Shown here: positions 17,824 to 28,318 of the stretch, in pieces
Layout: each line of letters opens with the position of its first letter
How positions within the stretch are numbered: position 1 is the stretch's first letter
Source of the DNA: Candidatus Faecousia intestinigallinarum
GTDB taxonomy: Bacteria; Bacillota; Clostridia; Oscillospirales; Oscillospiraceae
DNA: 64,000 bases
Direction of reading: 5' to 3'
NCBI GenBank assembly: GCA_018715805.1
Contig: DVKX01000071.1
Coordinates: 17,074-81,073, forward strand
Translations under genes and position numbers: made by a program
The notes under the pieces: model-generated
Database searches by the model: none
What the model was told of the DNA's origin: nothing
Seen by the model: only the letters and a program-made list of their open reading frames with translations

Positions 17824-17960
17824 ATATGCTGAATTTTTTGTGCTGAGATATAATAGCACACACGAAAAGAAAAAGCAAGCCCCTTTTTGAAAAATTGCGT
17901 TCTTTTTTTCATCGCTTGACAGCCAGTGTAAAATAAAGGCGAACGAAAGGGGGCGTCCGT

Positions 17961-19001
17961 GTGGAGGAAAATATTTATGCGCTGCTCCCGGGGGCGCTGC
18001 TTCCCTGGTATGGTGAGCATAAGCGGGATTTGCCCTGGCGGCAGGATAAAGACCCCTATCATGTCTGGCTCTCGGAGATTATGCTGCAGCAGACCAGAGT
18101 GGAGGCGGTGAAGGGCTATTACGCCCGGTTTCTGTCCGCGCTGCCCAATGTCCGTTCCCTGGCGCTGGCGGAAGAGGAGCAGCTCCACAAGCTGTGGGAG
18201 GGACTGGGGTACTACACCCGGGTGCGAAATTTGAAGAAAGCGGCGCAGGCGGTTTGCCGGGACTATGGCGGCACATTCCCCAAAGAATACGCGCAAGTCC
18301 TGGCGCTGCCCGGGATCGGGGAGTATACGGCGGGGGCCATTTGCTCCATCGCCTTTGACCAGCCCATACCGGCAGTGGATGGAAATGTACTGCGCGTGTG
18401 CGCCCGATTGACAGACAGCAGCCGCCCCATTGACGACCCGGCTTACAAAAAGGAAATCCGCAGGGCGCTGGCGGAAATCTATCCGCGCCAGGCGGGAGAT
18501 TTTACCCAGGCGCTGATGGAGTTGGGCGCCACGGTATGCGGCCCCAACCGTCCGCCGGAGTGCGAAAATTGCCCCTGTAAGGCTTTCTGCCAAGGCAGAC
18601 GCAGCGGCCGGGCAGCCGGCCTGCCGGTAAAATCCCCCAAGCGATCCAAGCGCTTGGCGCAAAAAACGGTATTTGTGTTTTGCGCCCACGGACGGTATGC
18701 CCTGAACCGCCGCCCAGATAAAGGGCTGCTGGCGGGGCTTTGGGAGTTTCCCAACTGCGACGGATTCCTGGAGCCGGAGCAAGCGCTGGCTTGGGCGGCG
18801 GAGAAGCTGCATCCCAGGGACATCCGGCGGCAGATGGAGCGAAAGCATATCTTTACCCATATCCAATGGGATATGCGCTGCTATTATATCGACGTATCGG
18901 AGCCGGGGGGAGCGTTTTCCTGGTTCACAGCGGAACAGATCGATCATCAGGCGGCGCTGCCTACGGCATTCCGCCAGTTCTGGGAGGAACGCCATGTTTG
19001 A
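17961..19001 (+). CDS. mutY: A/G-specific adenine glycosylase
   Basis: VWLSEIMLQQT, WEGLGYY, HhH-GPD (LPGIGEYTAGAI..VDGNV), Fe-S loop C-x6-C-x2-C-x5-C, GLWEFP. Confidence 0.95.
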   Translation: MEENIYALLPGALLPWYGEHKRDLPWRQDKDPYHVWLSEIMLQQTRVEAVKGYYARFLSALPNVRSLALAEEEQLHKLWEGLGYYTRVRNLKKAAQAVCRDYGGTFPKEYAQVLALPGIGEYTAGAICSIAFDQPIPAVDGNVLRVCARLTDSSRPIDDPAYKKEIRRALAEIYPRQAGDFTQALMELGATVCGPNRPPECENCPCKAFCQGRRSGRAAGLPVKSPKRSKRLAQKTVFVFCAHGRYALNRRPDKGLLAGLWEFPNCDGFLEPEQALAWAAEKLHPRDIRRQMERKHIFTHIQWDMRCYYIDVSEPGGAFSWFTAEQIDHQAALPTAFRQFWEERHV

Positions 19002-19779
19002 CTTTCATATACACTCCACCATATCCTTTGACGGGCACGACAGCCCAGAGGAAATGCTGGCGGCTGCGGAGGCTGCCGGACTGCGGGAGATTTGCTTTAC
19101 AGATCACCGAGACTATGCGGCGAATACGGAACAACAGACCATGCTTTTCGACTGGCAGCGCTATGGTCAGGCGTACGACTGCCTGGAAAGCCCAAAGCTG
19201 AAAATCCGCCGGGGCATGGAGTTCGGCCTGAAGCCGGATAATGTCCATGTTCTGGAACAAGACGCGGCAATGCGGGATTTTGATTTTATCCTCGGCTCCG
19301 TACACTTTGTGGAGGAGCAGGATGTTTATTTTGAACCCTATTGGGAGGGCAAGACCATTTTTGAGGCGGAGCGGCGGTTTCTGGAGGAAACGCTGCGCTG
19401 CGTCCAGGTTCATAAGGACTACGATGTGCTTGCCCACCTGACGTTTCTAAGCAAGGCGCGGGCGCATCCGCTGCCGCAGCCGATTCCCTATTACCGCCAT
19501 CGGGAGGTGGCGGACGAGATCCTTCGCACTCTGGCACAAAAGGGAAAGGGGCTGGAGATGAACACCAGCGGCGTGGATCGCTGCGGAGATTTCCTGCCGG
19601 GCGCAGACTATTTTCGGCGCTTCAAGGAATTGGGGGGCGAGATCGTTACCATCGGCTCGGACGCCCATACTGCGGCACGGGTGGGGCAGCATACTTCCAA
19701 AGCCGGGGAGCTTCTGGGGGCGATTTTCGGCTATGTGTGCACCTTTGCCGGAAGGCAGCCAATATTCCATAAGCTGTAA
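18994..19779 (+). CDS. PHP-family histidinol-phosphatase-like protein (HisJ family)
   Basis: DFHIHS, FTDH, GSVH, AHL, EMNTSG, GSDAH. Confidence 0.88.
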   Translation: MFDFHIHSTISFDGHDSPEEMLAAAEAAGLREICFTDHRDYAANTEQQTMLFDWQRYGQAYDCLESPKLKIRRGMEFGLKPDNVHVLEQDAAMRDFDFILGSVHFVEEQDVYFEPYWEGKTIFEAERRFLEETLRCVQVHKDYDVLAHLTFLSKARAHPLPQPIPYYRHREVADEILRTLAQKGKGLEMNTSGVDRCGDFLPGADYFRRFKELGGEIVTIGSDAHTAARVGQHTSKAGELLGAIFGYVCTFAGRQPIFHKL

Positions 19780-19886
19780 AAACGCAGCGATGCGGAATTG
19801 CTGCCGCTTTGCCTCTTGACGTTTCGTTTGAAGACAACTATAATATGTTTGCAAAAGAAGAGCAGTATGGAGAAAAGGAGAAAAAT

Positions 19887-20084
19887 ATGTTGAAGAATTT
19901 GCGGGAATTGCGGCGAAAATGCGGAATGACCCAAAAGGAACTGGGAAATGTCGTGGGCTTGACACAGCAGACCATCAATAAATATGAAAATGGCAATGCA
20001 GAACCCAATATCCGCACGCTGATCGCCCTGGCGGATTATTTTGAAACCAGCGTGGATTACTTAATCGGAAGAACCTCAGAATGA
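19887..20084 (+). CDS. XRE-family HTH regulator
   Basis: LRELRRKCGMTQKELGNVVGLTQQTINKYENGNAEP..LADYFETSVDYLIG; promoter TTGACG-17-TATAAT at 19816-19844. Confidence 0.9.
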   Translation: MLKNLRELRRKCGMTQKELGNVVGLTQQTINKYENGNAEPNIRTLIALADYFETSVDYLIGRTSE

Positions 20085-20250
20085 AAACCGTGCGCACCCG
20101 ACCTGCGGAAAACAAGCAGTTCGGGTGCGCATATTGTTTTTGCCGATTAGAGCTGCCCTTTGGACGCAAAAGGGGGGCGGTTGTTGACTTTACGACAAAA
20201 ATGCGTATAATAGAACACAGTAAAATGGATAACTATGGCAGGTAGGTACT

Positions 20251-22233
20251 ATGGCGACGAAAAAGCAAGAACAATACGGTAATTCCAGTATTTCCATGCT
20301 GAAAGGAGAGGAACGGGTGCGCAAGCGCCCGGCAGTGATTTTTGGCTCGGATGACCTGGAGGGCTGCAAGCACGCGGCATTTGAGATTCTTTCCAACGCC
20401 ATTGACGAGGCGCGGGAGGGGCACGGCGATACCATCATCGTTACCCGCTACGAGGATCTGAGCATCGAGGTGGAGGATTTCGGACGGGGCTGCCCTGTGG
20501 ATTATAACGAAAAAGAAAAGCGCTACAACTGGGAACTGGTGTTCTGCGAGATGTACGCCGGCGGCAAATACGGAGAAAACGGGGAAAACTATGAGTATTC
20601 TCTGGGTATGAACGGCCTTGGCTCCTGCGCCACCCAGTATGCTTCGGAGTATTTTGACGCCATTGTCCGCCGGGACGGCTTCCGCTACGACCTGCATTTT
20701 GAAAAGGGAAAAAATGTGGGTGGTCTGGCCAAGGCTCCCACAGATCGGAAAAAGACCGGCTCCGTGTTCCGCTGGCGCCCCGACCGGGAGGTGTTTACGG
20801 ACATCGATATTCCCGCCGACTATTTCCGGGATGTGCTGCACCGGCAGGCGGTGGTGAATCGGGGCATTACCTTCCGCTTCCGCAACCAGGTGGGAGGTAA
20901 ATTTGAGACAGAGGAGTTCTGCTACCAGGACGGCATCCAGGAGTACCTGGAGGAGATCGTGGGGGAGAACGCTTTCACCATGCCTGTCTACTGGGAGGCG
21001 GAGCGCCGGGGACGGGACGCGGACAACCGCCCGGAAATGAAATTGAAGATTACGGCGGCATTCTGCTTTTCCAAGCAGGTGAGCCGGACGGAGTATTACC
21101 ACAATTCCTCCTGGCTGGAATATGGCGGCAGCCCGGATCGGGCGGTACGATCCGGATTCACGGCGGCCTTTGATAAATATCTGAAGGATACCAATAAATA
21201 TACCAAGAACGAGAACAAAATCATTTTTCAGGACATTCAGGACAGCCTGGTGCTGGTGACCAACTGTTTCTCCACCATCGGCTGCTTTGAGAATCAGACA
21301 AAAAAGTCGGTGAACTCCAAATTCACCCAAGATGCCATGACAGCTTTTTTTAAGGAAAAATTGCAGGTGTGGTTTTTGGAGAATAAGCAGGAGGCCGACC
21401 GGGCGGCAGAGCAGATTCTGGTAAATAAACGCGCCAGAGAATCTGCGGAAAAAACCCGTACCAGTGTGAAGAAGAAACTCTCCGGCTCTATCGATATTGC
21501 CAACCGGGTGCAGAAATTCGTGGATTGCCGCAGTCGGGATACCGCTGTGCGGGAGTTGTATATCGTGGAGGGCGACTCCGCGTTGGGTAGTGTCAAAATG
21601 TCCAGAGACGCGGAATTCCAAGGCATAATGCCGGTGCGCGGCAAAATCCTAAACTGCCTAAAGGCAGATTATAACAAGATTTTTGCCTCTCCTATCATCA
21701 CCGATCTGATGAAGGTGCTGGGCTGCGGCGTGGAGGTGCACGGGAAAAAGGTCAAGGAGCTGAGCAGCTTTGACATTTCCGGCCTGCGCTGGAGCAAGGT
21801 GATTATCTGCACCGACGCGGATGTGGATGGCTTCCAGATCCGCACCCTGATTCTCACCATGCTCTATCGGCTCTGTCCCACGCTGATCCGGGACGGGTAT
21901 GTGTATATCGCGGAATCCCCGCTTTTTGAGATCACTTGCAAGGATAAAACCTGGTTTGCCTATAACGAGCAGGAAAAAGTACAGATTTTGAAGAAATTAG
22001 AGGGCAAGAAAGTCTTCTTGCAGCGTTCCAAGGGTCTGGGCGAAAACGACCCGGAGATGATGTGGATGACCACCATGAACCCGGAGACGCGGCGGCTGAT
22101 TAAGGTCATGCCGGAGGAGGCTGAGCGGATGGCATATTACTTTGATGTCCTCCTGGGGGACAACCTGGGGGAGCGGAAGAACTTCATTTCCGAGAACGGC
22201 GCAAAGTATTTGGAACTGGCGGATATTTCCTAA
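20251..22233 (+). CDS. Type IIA topoisomerase B subunit (GyrB/ParE family, probably topo IV-like)
   Basis: VRKRP, EILSNAIDE, DFGRGCP (GHKL); TOPRIM EGDSA, PVRGK, DADVDG; RSKGLGE. Confidence 0.92.
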   Translation: MATKKQEQYGNSSISMLKGEERVRKRPAVIFGSDDLEGCKHAAFEILSNAIDEAREGHGDTIIVTRYEDLSIEVEDFGRGCPVDYNEKEKRYNWELVFCEMYAGGKYGENGENYEYSLGMNGLGSCATQYASEYFDAIVRRDGFRYDLHFEKGKNVGGLAKAPTDRKKTGSVFRWRPDREVFTDIDIPADYFRDVLHRQAVVNRGITFRFRNQVGGKFETEEFCYQDGIQEYLEEIVGENAFTMPVYWEAERRGRDADNRPEMKLKITAAFCFSKQVSRTEYYHNSSWLEYGGSPDRAVRSGFTAAFDKYLKDTNKYTKNENKIIFQDIQDSLVLVTNCFSTIGCFENQTKKSVNSKFTQDAMTAFFKEKLQVWFLENKQEADRAAEQILVNKRARESAEKTRTSVKKKLSGSIDIANRVQKFVDCRSRDTAVRELYIVEGDSALGSVKMSRDAEFQGIMPVRGKILNCLKADYNKIFASPIITDLMKVLGCGVEVHGKKVKELSSFDISGLRWSKVIICTDADVDGFQIRTLILTMLYRLCPTLIRDGYVYIAESPLFEITCKDKTWFAYNEQEKVQILKKLEGKKVFLQRSKGLGENDPEMMWMTTMNPETRRLIKVMPEEAERMAYYFDVLLGDNLGERKNFISENGAKYLELADIS

Positions 22234-22245
22234 GAGGAGCGGACT

Positions 22246-24489
22246 ATGGCACGGAAAAAACAGGAACCCGAAAAGAAAAAAGTAAATACCGACGGGGTAA
22301 TGGGGCTGCATGGTTCCACCACGGAGCAGGCGATCTCCGAAACCTTGGAGGTCAATTTCATGCCCTATGCCATGTCGGTGATCGTATCCCGAGCCATCCC
22401 GGAGATCGACGGCTTTAAGCCCAGTCACCGGAAGCTTCTGTATACCATGTATAAGATGGGCTTACTCAACGGCGGGCGCACCAAGTCGGCCAATATCGTG
22501 GGGCAGACCATGCGCTTGAATCCCCACGGCGACGCCGCCATTTATGAAACTATGGTGCGCCTGGCGCGGGGAAATGAGACGCTGCTCCATCCCTTTGTGG
22601 ATTCCAAGGGCAATTTCGGTAAGGTCTATTCTCGGGATATGGCCTATGCTGCTTCCCGGTATACGGAGGCCAAACTGGAGCCGATCTGCGCGGAACTGTT
22701 CCGGGATATCGACTCCGACACAGTGGATATGGTGGACAACTATGACGCCAGCATGAAAGAGCCTGCGCTGCTGCCCACGACGTTCCCCAATGTGCTGGTG
22801 TCCGCCAATCAGGGCATCGCCGTGAGTATGGCCAGTAATATTTGCTCCTTCAACCTGAAGGAGGTGTGTGAAACCACCATTGCCCTGCTCCAAAACCCGG
22901 AGCATGATATTTTGGAAACCTTGCCCGGTCCGGACTTTTCCACCGGAGGTCAGCTGCTTTTTGACGAGGCGGCCACCCGGGAGATCTATGCTACTGGACG
23001 GGGCAGCTTTAAGCTGCGCTGTAAGTGGCGCTATGTAAAAGAGGGAAACCGAATTGAGATTCTGGAGATTCCCTATACCACCGCTACGGAAACGATTATG
23101 GACAAGGTGGCGGAACTCATCAAGGCAGGAAAAATTCGGGAGATCGCAGATATGCGGGACGAGACGGATTTGGGCGGCTTGAAACTGACCATTGATCTGA
23201 AGCGGGGCGTGGATCCGGACGCGCTGATGCGCAAACTTCTGCGCGCCACACCCCTGCAGGACAGTTTCCCCTGCAATTTCAACATTCTCATCGCCGGGAT
23301 GCCCCGGGTGATGGGCGTGGGGGAGATCCTGCTGGAATGGAGCGCCTGGCGTACGGACTGCATCAAGCGCAGAATATTTTTCCAGGCGGGAAAGAAGCGG
23401 GAGCGCCTGCATTTGCTCAAGGGCTTAGAGCGGATCCTGCTGGACATTGATAAAGCCATCGCCATCATCCGGGAGACGGAATTGGAAAGCGAAGTAGTGC
23501 CCAATCTGATGATCGGTTTCGGAATCGACGAGACTCAGGCGAATTTTGTGGCGGAGATCAAGCTGCGGAACATCAATAAGGAGTATATCCTGCGGCAGAC
23601 CCGCGCCATCTCGGATCTGGAGGCAGAGATCGCGGAGCTGGAGGCAACGCTGAATAGTCCGCGGAAGCTGAAAGCGGTTCTCATAGACGAGCTTAAGCAG
23701 GTGGCCAGGAAATACGCCCAGCCGCGAAAGACGGAGATCGTCTATCAGGCGGAGGAGCTTGCGCCGGAAGATCCGGAAGAGCAGATTCCGGATTACCCGG
23801 TGACGGTGTTTGTGTCCAAGGAGGGCTACCTAAAGAAAATCACCGCCCAATCTTTGCGGATGAGCGGAGAGCAAAAATTTAAGGAGGGGGACAGCCTGTC
23901 CTTTTCGCGGGAGGCTGCCAATCGCAGCGAGGTGCTGGTATTTACCAACAAATATCAGTGCTACAAAACCCGGCTTTCCGATTTTGAGGACGGGAAAGCT
24001 TCCATGCTGGGGGATTATCTGCCCCAGAAGCTGGAGATGGAGCAGGGGGAAAGCGTGGTTTCGGTGGTTTTCCCGGAGGATTACCAGGGCTTTGTGCTGT
24101 TCCTCTTTGAGAACGGAAAAGCGGCAAAGGTTCCCCTTTCCGCATATGAAACAAAAACCAACCGCCGCAAGCTCACCGGCGCTTATTCAGATAAAAGCCC
24201 GCTGAAGGCGGTGCTGGCCATGCAAGAGGATACCCAGGTGGCGGTGTACTCCACGGATGGCCGGGCAGTAGTATTCTCCACGGCGCAGCTGTCGCCTAAG
24301 ACCACCCGCACCACCCAGGGCGTGGGGGTTCTGAGCCTGAAAAAGAAAGCGGCGCTGTCCCACTGCCGGCTGCTGGAGGAGAGCGGCATCGTCAACCCTG
24401 GCCGCTATCGCTGCAAGACGCTTCCGGCGGCGGGCGCACTGCTAAAAAGCGAAGACACCGGAGATCAGCAGATCGAGTTCACACTATAA
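22246..24489 (+). CDS. Type IIA topoisomerase A subunit (GyrA/ParC family, no GyrA-box)
   Basis: RAIPEIDGFKPSHRK, PHGD, catalytic Tyr in ASRYTEAK, GIAVSMA, PGPDFSTGG. Confidence 0.92.
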   Translation: MARKKQEPEKKKVNTDGVMGLHGSTTEQAISETLEVNFMPYAMSVIVSRAIPEIDGFKPSHRKLLYTMYKMGLLNGGRTKSANIVGQTMRLNPHGDAAIYETMVRLARGNETLLHPFVDSKGNFGKVYSRDMAYAASRYTEAKLEPICAELFRDIDSDTVDMVDNYDASMKEPALLPTTFPNVLVSANQGIAVSMASNICSFNLKEVCETTIALLQNPEHDILETLPGPDFSTGGQLLFDEAATREIYATGRGSFKLRCKWRYVKEGNRIEILEIPYTTATETIMDKVAELIKAGKIREIADMRDETDLGGLKLTIDLKRGVDPDALMRKLLRATPLQDSFPCNFNILIAGMPRVMGVGEILLEWSAWRTDCIKRRIFFQAGKKRERLHLLKGLERILLDIDKAIAIIRETELESEVVPNLMIGFGIDETQANFVAEIKLRNINKEYILRQTRAISDLEAEIAELEATLNSPRKLKAVLIDELKQVARKYAQPRKTEIVYQAEELAPEDPEEQIPDYPVTVFVSKEGYLKKITAQSLRMSGEQKFKEGDSLSFSREAANRSEVLVFTNKYQCYKTRLSDFEDGKASMLGDYLPQKLEMEQGESVVSVVFPEDYQGFVLFLFENGKAAKVPLSAYETKTNRRKLTGAYSDKSPLKAVLAMQEDTQVAVYSTDGRAVVFSTAQLSPKTTRTTQGVGVLSLKKKAALSHCRLLEESGIVNPGRYRCKTLPAAGALLKSEDTGDQQIEFTL

Positions 24490-24510
24490 ATGCATAAATG
24501 GGGGATATGC

Positions 24511-25374
24511 GTGAAAAAAGCGTCGGATTATTTCATTTGGTTTGCGAAGATTATCTTTGGCTGCGCGCTGTTTGCCATCAGCTTTAATCTGTTTCTGGAG
24601 CCAAACGCGCTGAATGCCGGCGGCGTATCGGGTCTGGCCATGGTATTTGTGAAGCTCTTTGGCTTTGGTTCTGTGGGCGTTATCACAGCCTTGATGAATC
24701 TGCCGCTGTTTGCTCTGGGCGGGCTGAAGATCGGCAAGCAGTTTTTTCTGGGTTCTTTGGTGGGCATGGTGGCCAGCTCTGCGCTGCTGGACGTATTTCG
24801 TATAGTTCCCACCATCAAAACCGAACCGCTGCTGGGGGCGCTGTATGGCGGCGTGCTGTGCGGACTGGGACTGGGGATTGTATTTGCAACAGGTGCCACC
24901 ACCGGCGGCTCAGACATTGTGGTACGGCTGCTGAAGAGGCGATGGCAGAATGTGCCCATCGGCACCATCAATATATGTTTTGATCTGACGGTGGCGGTAT
25001 TGACAGGCATTGTATTCCAGGACATTTCCCGGACGCTGTACAGCGGCGTGGCGGTGTTTGTCACCGGACAGGTGATCGACGCGGTGGTATACCGCTTTGA
25101 TTACTCCCGGGTGGCGATGATTATTTCCCCGCACCATGCGGAGATTGCCCGCGCCATTGCGGTGAAACTGGATCGGGGCGCTACCTACCTTCACGGCGAG
25201 GGAACCTACAGCAATCAGCCCAGAGAGGTGATCCTCACTGCGGTGAAGCGACAGCAGCTGGCAGAGCTGAAACAGCTGGTGGTGGAGATCGACCCCAACG
25301 CTTTTATTATCGTTCAGGAGGCGCACCAGGTTCTGGGGGATGGGTTCGCCCGCTATAGCAAAGACGCGCTCTAA
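24511..25374 (+). CDS. YitT-family membrane protein
   Basis: AGGVSGLA, TTGGSDIV, RGAT, IDPNAFIIVQEAHQVLGDGF. Confidence 0.92.
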   Translation: MKKASDYFIWFAKIIFGCALFAISFNLFLEPNALNAGGVSGLAMVFVKLFGFGSVGVITALMNLPLFALGGLKIGKQFFLGSLVGMVASSALLDVFRIVPTIKTEPLLGALYGGVLCGLGLGIVFATGATTGGSDIVVRLLKRRWQNVPIGTINICFDLTVAVLTGIVFQDISRTLYSGVAVFVTGQVIDAVVYRFDYSRVAMIISPHHAEIARAIAVKLDRGATYLHGEGTYSNQPREVILTAVKRQQLAELKQLVVEIDPNAFIIVQEAHQVLGDGFARYSKDAL

Positions 25375-25396
25375 ACAGGGAAGGAGGCTGACCGCG

Positions 25397-26599
25397 TTGA
25401 AGAAACTCCTGATAATGCTTCTGGCAGTATGCCTGACGCTCTCCGGCTGCATGAGCGGCAGCTATTTTTCGGTGCAGCCCAACCAGGCAAACCATACCTC
25501 CGGAGATCAGCAGGCGGTCGCTGTAAGCACATACTTTGAGCTGCAGGCCGCGTTAACGGAGATGGTGGCCAAAGGTGCCCAGAAGGGCACGTTCATTGTG
25601 GGCGCTATGGATCAGGAACAGGTGGAGCGCAATATGCGTCAGGCGGAGGCATATGTGACACAGAAAGACCCGGTGGGCGCTTATGCCGTGGAGGAGATCA
25701 GCTATGAGCTGGGGCAAACCGGCGCTGTTCCGGCGCTGGCTGTGAAGATCACATACAGCCGTACCCGGGAGGAGATTCTGCGGATCCCACAAGTGACGGG
25801 TATGGAGCAGGCGGTGGAGCGGATCTACGATTGCCTGGACAGCTGCGGCTCCGGCGTGGTGGTGCTGGTGGACGGGTATGAAGAACTGGATTTTGTACAG
25901 CTGGTGCAGGACTATGCAGACCAATATCCGGACAAGGTAATGGAAATTCCAGAGATCGCAGCGGCCGCCTATCCTCAATCTGGCAAGGAACGGGTTATGG
26001 AATTGAAATTCACTTATCAGAATAACCGAGAGAACCTGCGGAAGATGCAGAACCAGGTGGAATCGGTTTTTGCTTCGGCGGAACTGTATGTAAGCGGAGA
26101 TTCTTCAGAGAAGGAAAAGCTCGGACAGCTGTTTTCGTTCTTGACCCAACGGTTTGACTACCAGTTTGAAACGTCTATCACGGCGCCCTACAGTCTTTTA
26201 TGCCATGGCGTGGGAGACAGCAAGGCGTTTGCTGTGAGTTATGCGGCAATGTGCCGCCGGGCGGGGCTGGAGTGCCTGGTGGTATCCGGCACCCGGGATG
26301 CAGAAGCATGGTTCTGGAATATTGTTTTGGACGGGGACACATATTACCATGTGGATCTGCTGGATTCCCTGGAGCAGGGGAGTTTTCAGGAGCGGCTGGA
26401 CGAGGAAATGCAGGGGTATGTATGGGATTACTCGGCTTATCCTGCCTGTGTACCCGCTGCGCCGCTGGAAGCCACCGAACCTGTGGACGCTGCAGCGACA
26501 CAGCCGGAAGCGTCCCAGGAGACAACGCTGGAGCCGGAGGAGACGGAACCTCCCGTTCAGGAACAGACGACCCCGCCGGATGCGATTGCGGAGGAATAG
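25397..26599 (+). CDS. Lipoprotein with transglutaminase-like domain
   Basis: TTG start after AAGGAGG; lipobox LSGC; GVGDSKAFAVSYAAMCRRAGLEC..WNIV..YYHVD transglutaminase-like pattern. Confidence 0.75.
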   Translation: MKKLLIMLLAVCLTLSGCMSGSYFSVQPNQANHTSGDQQAVAVSTYFELQAALTEMVAKGAQKGTFIVGAMDQEQVERNMRQAEAYVTQKDPVGAYAVEEISYELGQTGAVPALAVKITYSRTREEILRIPQVTGMEQAVERIYDCLDSCGSGVVVLVDGYEELDFVQLVQDYADQYPDKVMEIPEIAAAAYPQSGKERVMELKFTYQNNRENLRKMQNQVESVFASAELYVSGDSSEKEKLGQLFSFLTQRFDYQFETSITAPYSLLCHGVGDSKAFAVSYAAMCRRAGLECLVVSGTRDAEAWFWNIVLDGDTYYHVDLLDSLEQGSFQERLDEEMQGYVWDYSAYPACVPAAPLEATEPVDAAATQPEASQETTLEPEETEPPVQEQTTPPDAIAEE

Positions 26600-26663
26600 A
26601 CAGAAATTTTCGGAAAGGGTATTGACAAACGGGAAATTTCTGCTATAATCTCAAATGTTCCTC

Positions 26664-26739
26664 GCGGGTGTAGCTCATCCGGTAGAGCGCCACCTTGCCA
26701 AGGTGGAGGTAGCGAGTTCGAGCCTCGTCACCCGCTCCA
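26664..26739 (+). tRNA. tRNA-Gly(GCC)
   Basis: GCGGGTG/CACCCGC acceptor, CCACC-ttGCCaa-GGTGG anticodon arm, CCA; promoter TTGACA-17-TATAAT upstream. Confidence 0.96.
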
Positions 26740-26741
26740 TG

Positions 26742-26777
26742 AAAAGACCACTTGCTGAAAGCGAGTGGTCTTTTTCC
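26742..26777 (+). terminator. Terminator after tRNA-Gly
   Basis: AAAAGACCACTTGC-tgaaa-GCGAGTGGTCTTTTTT. Confidence 0.8.
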
Positions 26778-26821
26778 CTGTCCGCAGGGGCGACCCAAGA
26801 GGTATTGATAGGAGGTTTTCC

Positions 26822-27325
26822 ATGCTTATCCCGTATCATTCCATTTCTCCGGAGCTTTCTTCCGGCGTCTATATCGCGCCCAACGCCACGGTTATTGGCA
26901 ATGCGCACCTGGGCGAGCACGCTTCCGTCTGGTTTGGCGCTGTGGTGCGGGCAGACGAAGGCAGGATTACCGTGGGCAGCTACTCCAATATTCAGGATAA
27001 CTGCACAGCCCATTGCTCTGCGGAGCATCCGCTGACCCTGGGCAGCTGCGTAACGGTGGGGCATAACGCGATGCTCCATGGCTGTACCGTTGGCGACAAC
27101 TGCCTCATCGGCATGAACGCTACCATCCTGGATGGCGCGAAAATCGGCAGCGGATGCGTGGTGGGAGCCGGCGCGTTGATTACGGAGGGCAAGGTGTTTC
27201 CCGATAACAGCCTGATTCTTGGCGTACCGGCGAAGGCGGTGAAGCCCATTGATGAAAAGACTGTGGATATGATTCGGCAGAACGCCTTGTATTATAGCAG
27301 ACTGGCGCAGGAATACCAGGGATAA
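26822..27325 (+). CDS. Gamma-carbonic-anhydrase-family protein (left-handed beta-helix)
   Basis: SVWFGAVVRAD, SNIQDNCTAH, TVGHNAMLHGC hexapeptide repeats with three His. Confidence 0.92.
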   Translation: MLIPYHSISPELSSGVYIAPNATVIGNAHLGEHASVWFGAVVRADEGRITVGSYSNIQDNCTAHCSAEHPLTLGSCVTVGHNAMLHGCTVGDNCLIGMNATILDGAKIGSGCVVGAGALITEGKVFPDNSLILGVPAKAVKPIDEKTVDMIRQNALYYSRLAQEYQG

Positions 27326-27422
27326 GCCTTCGGATTTTTGCCGGAATTTTGAAAAATAGTGTTTGACAAACGGGGGAAAAGCATATATAATATGTGAGCA
27401 CGACTGCAAGGAGGGGGATATT

Positions 27423-27920
27423 ATGCGGCTCGGACTGGCGAAGATCATAGACTGTCCCGGCGCTTCGGTATCCTTTTCCTGCCATGTTGATCTGAGCGAT
27501 CTTCGCTATGGCAACTGCTATCCTGTGACGGAGCCTGTGGAAGCCGCCGGTACGGTACGCAATACCGCTGGTGTGCTGATGATGACAGGTTCCGTGTCTA
27601 CCACCATTCACGGCGTGTGCGACCGATGCGCCGCCGACTTCACCAAAGATGTGCGGTTCCCCATTGAGGTGGTGCTGGTGACGGAGCTGGCCAACGAGGA
27701 GAACGAGGACGAATGGGTGTTCCCTCTGGAGGGTGACAGCGCGGATCTGGACGATATCGTTCGCACGGTATTCGTTCTGAACATGGATTCCAAGCTGCTT
27801 TGCAGACCGGACTGCAAGGGGATTTGCTGTCAATGCGGCAAGAACCTGAACGATGGCTCCTGCGGCTGTCAAAAAGAGCCGGACCCCCGATTTGCTGCTT
27901 TGAAGCAGCTTCTTAAGTAA
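27423..27920 (+). CDS. DUF177/YceD-family protein
   Basis: [29 protein letters not shown]; directly upstream of rpmF. Confidence 0.92.
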   Translation: MRLGLAKIIDCPGASVSFSCHVDLSDLRYGNCYPVTEPVEAAGTVRNTAGVLMMTGSVSTTIHGVCDRCAADFTKDVRFPIEVVLVTELANEENEDEWVFPLEGDSADLDDIVRTVFVLNMDSKLLCRPDCKGICCQCGKNLNDGSCGCQKEPDPRFAALKQLLK

Positions 27921-27975
27921 GAAAAACCATAAACGATGCTGTCTGAAAAGCAGTTTGACCAAGGAGGTGTCATCC

Positions 27976-28161
27976 ATGGCTGTTCCAAAGTGTAAAGTGT
28001 CCAAGGCCCGCCGTGATAAGCGCCGTGGCTCCAACTGGAAGCTGTCTGCTCCCAGCGTGACGACTTGCCCCAAGTGCGGCGAGCCGGTTATGCCCCACAG
28101 AGCCTGCAAGGCGTGCGGCTCTTACAATGGCCGTCAGGTTCTGGCTGCCAAGGCCGACTAA
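27976..28161 (+). CDS. rpmF: 50S ribosomal protein L32
   Basis: [29 protein letters not shown]. Confidence 0.97.
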   Translation: MAVPKCKVSKARRDKRRGSNWKLSAPSVTTCPKCGEPVMPHRACKACGSYNGRQVLAAKAD

Positions 28162-28183
28162 GGCTGGAAAGATGCGCAAGCAT

Positions 28184-28212
28184 AGAGGAAGGCGGCTGCC
28201 TTCCTCTTTTTC
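28184..28212 (+). terminator. Terminator after rpmF
   Basis: AGAGGAAGGC-ggct-GCCTTCCTCT-TTTTT. Confidence 0.8.
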
Positions 28213-28318
28213 TATACCGGAATTGTGAATAGAATGGGAAATTCCCGGCGAAAGAGTTGATTTCGACTGGGGTTTATGGCATAATACAAAAAATGATTTT
28301 CAGAAAGGAAGGGATGGT

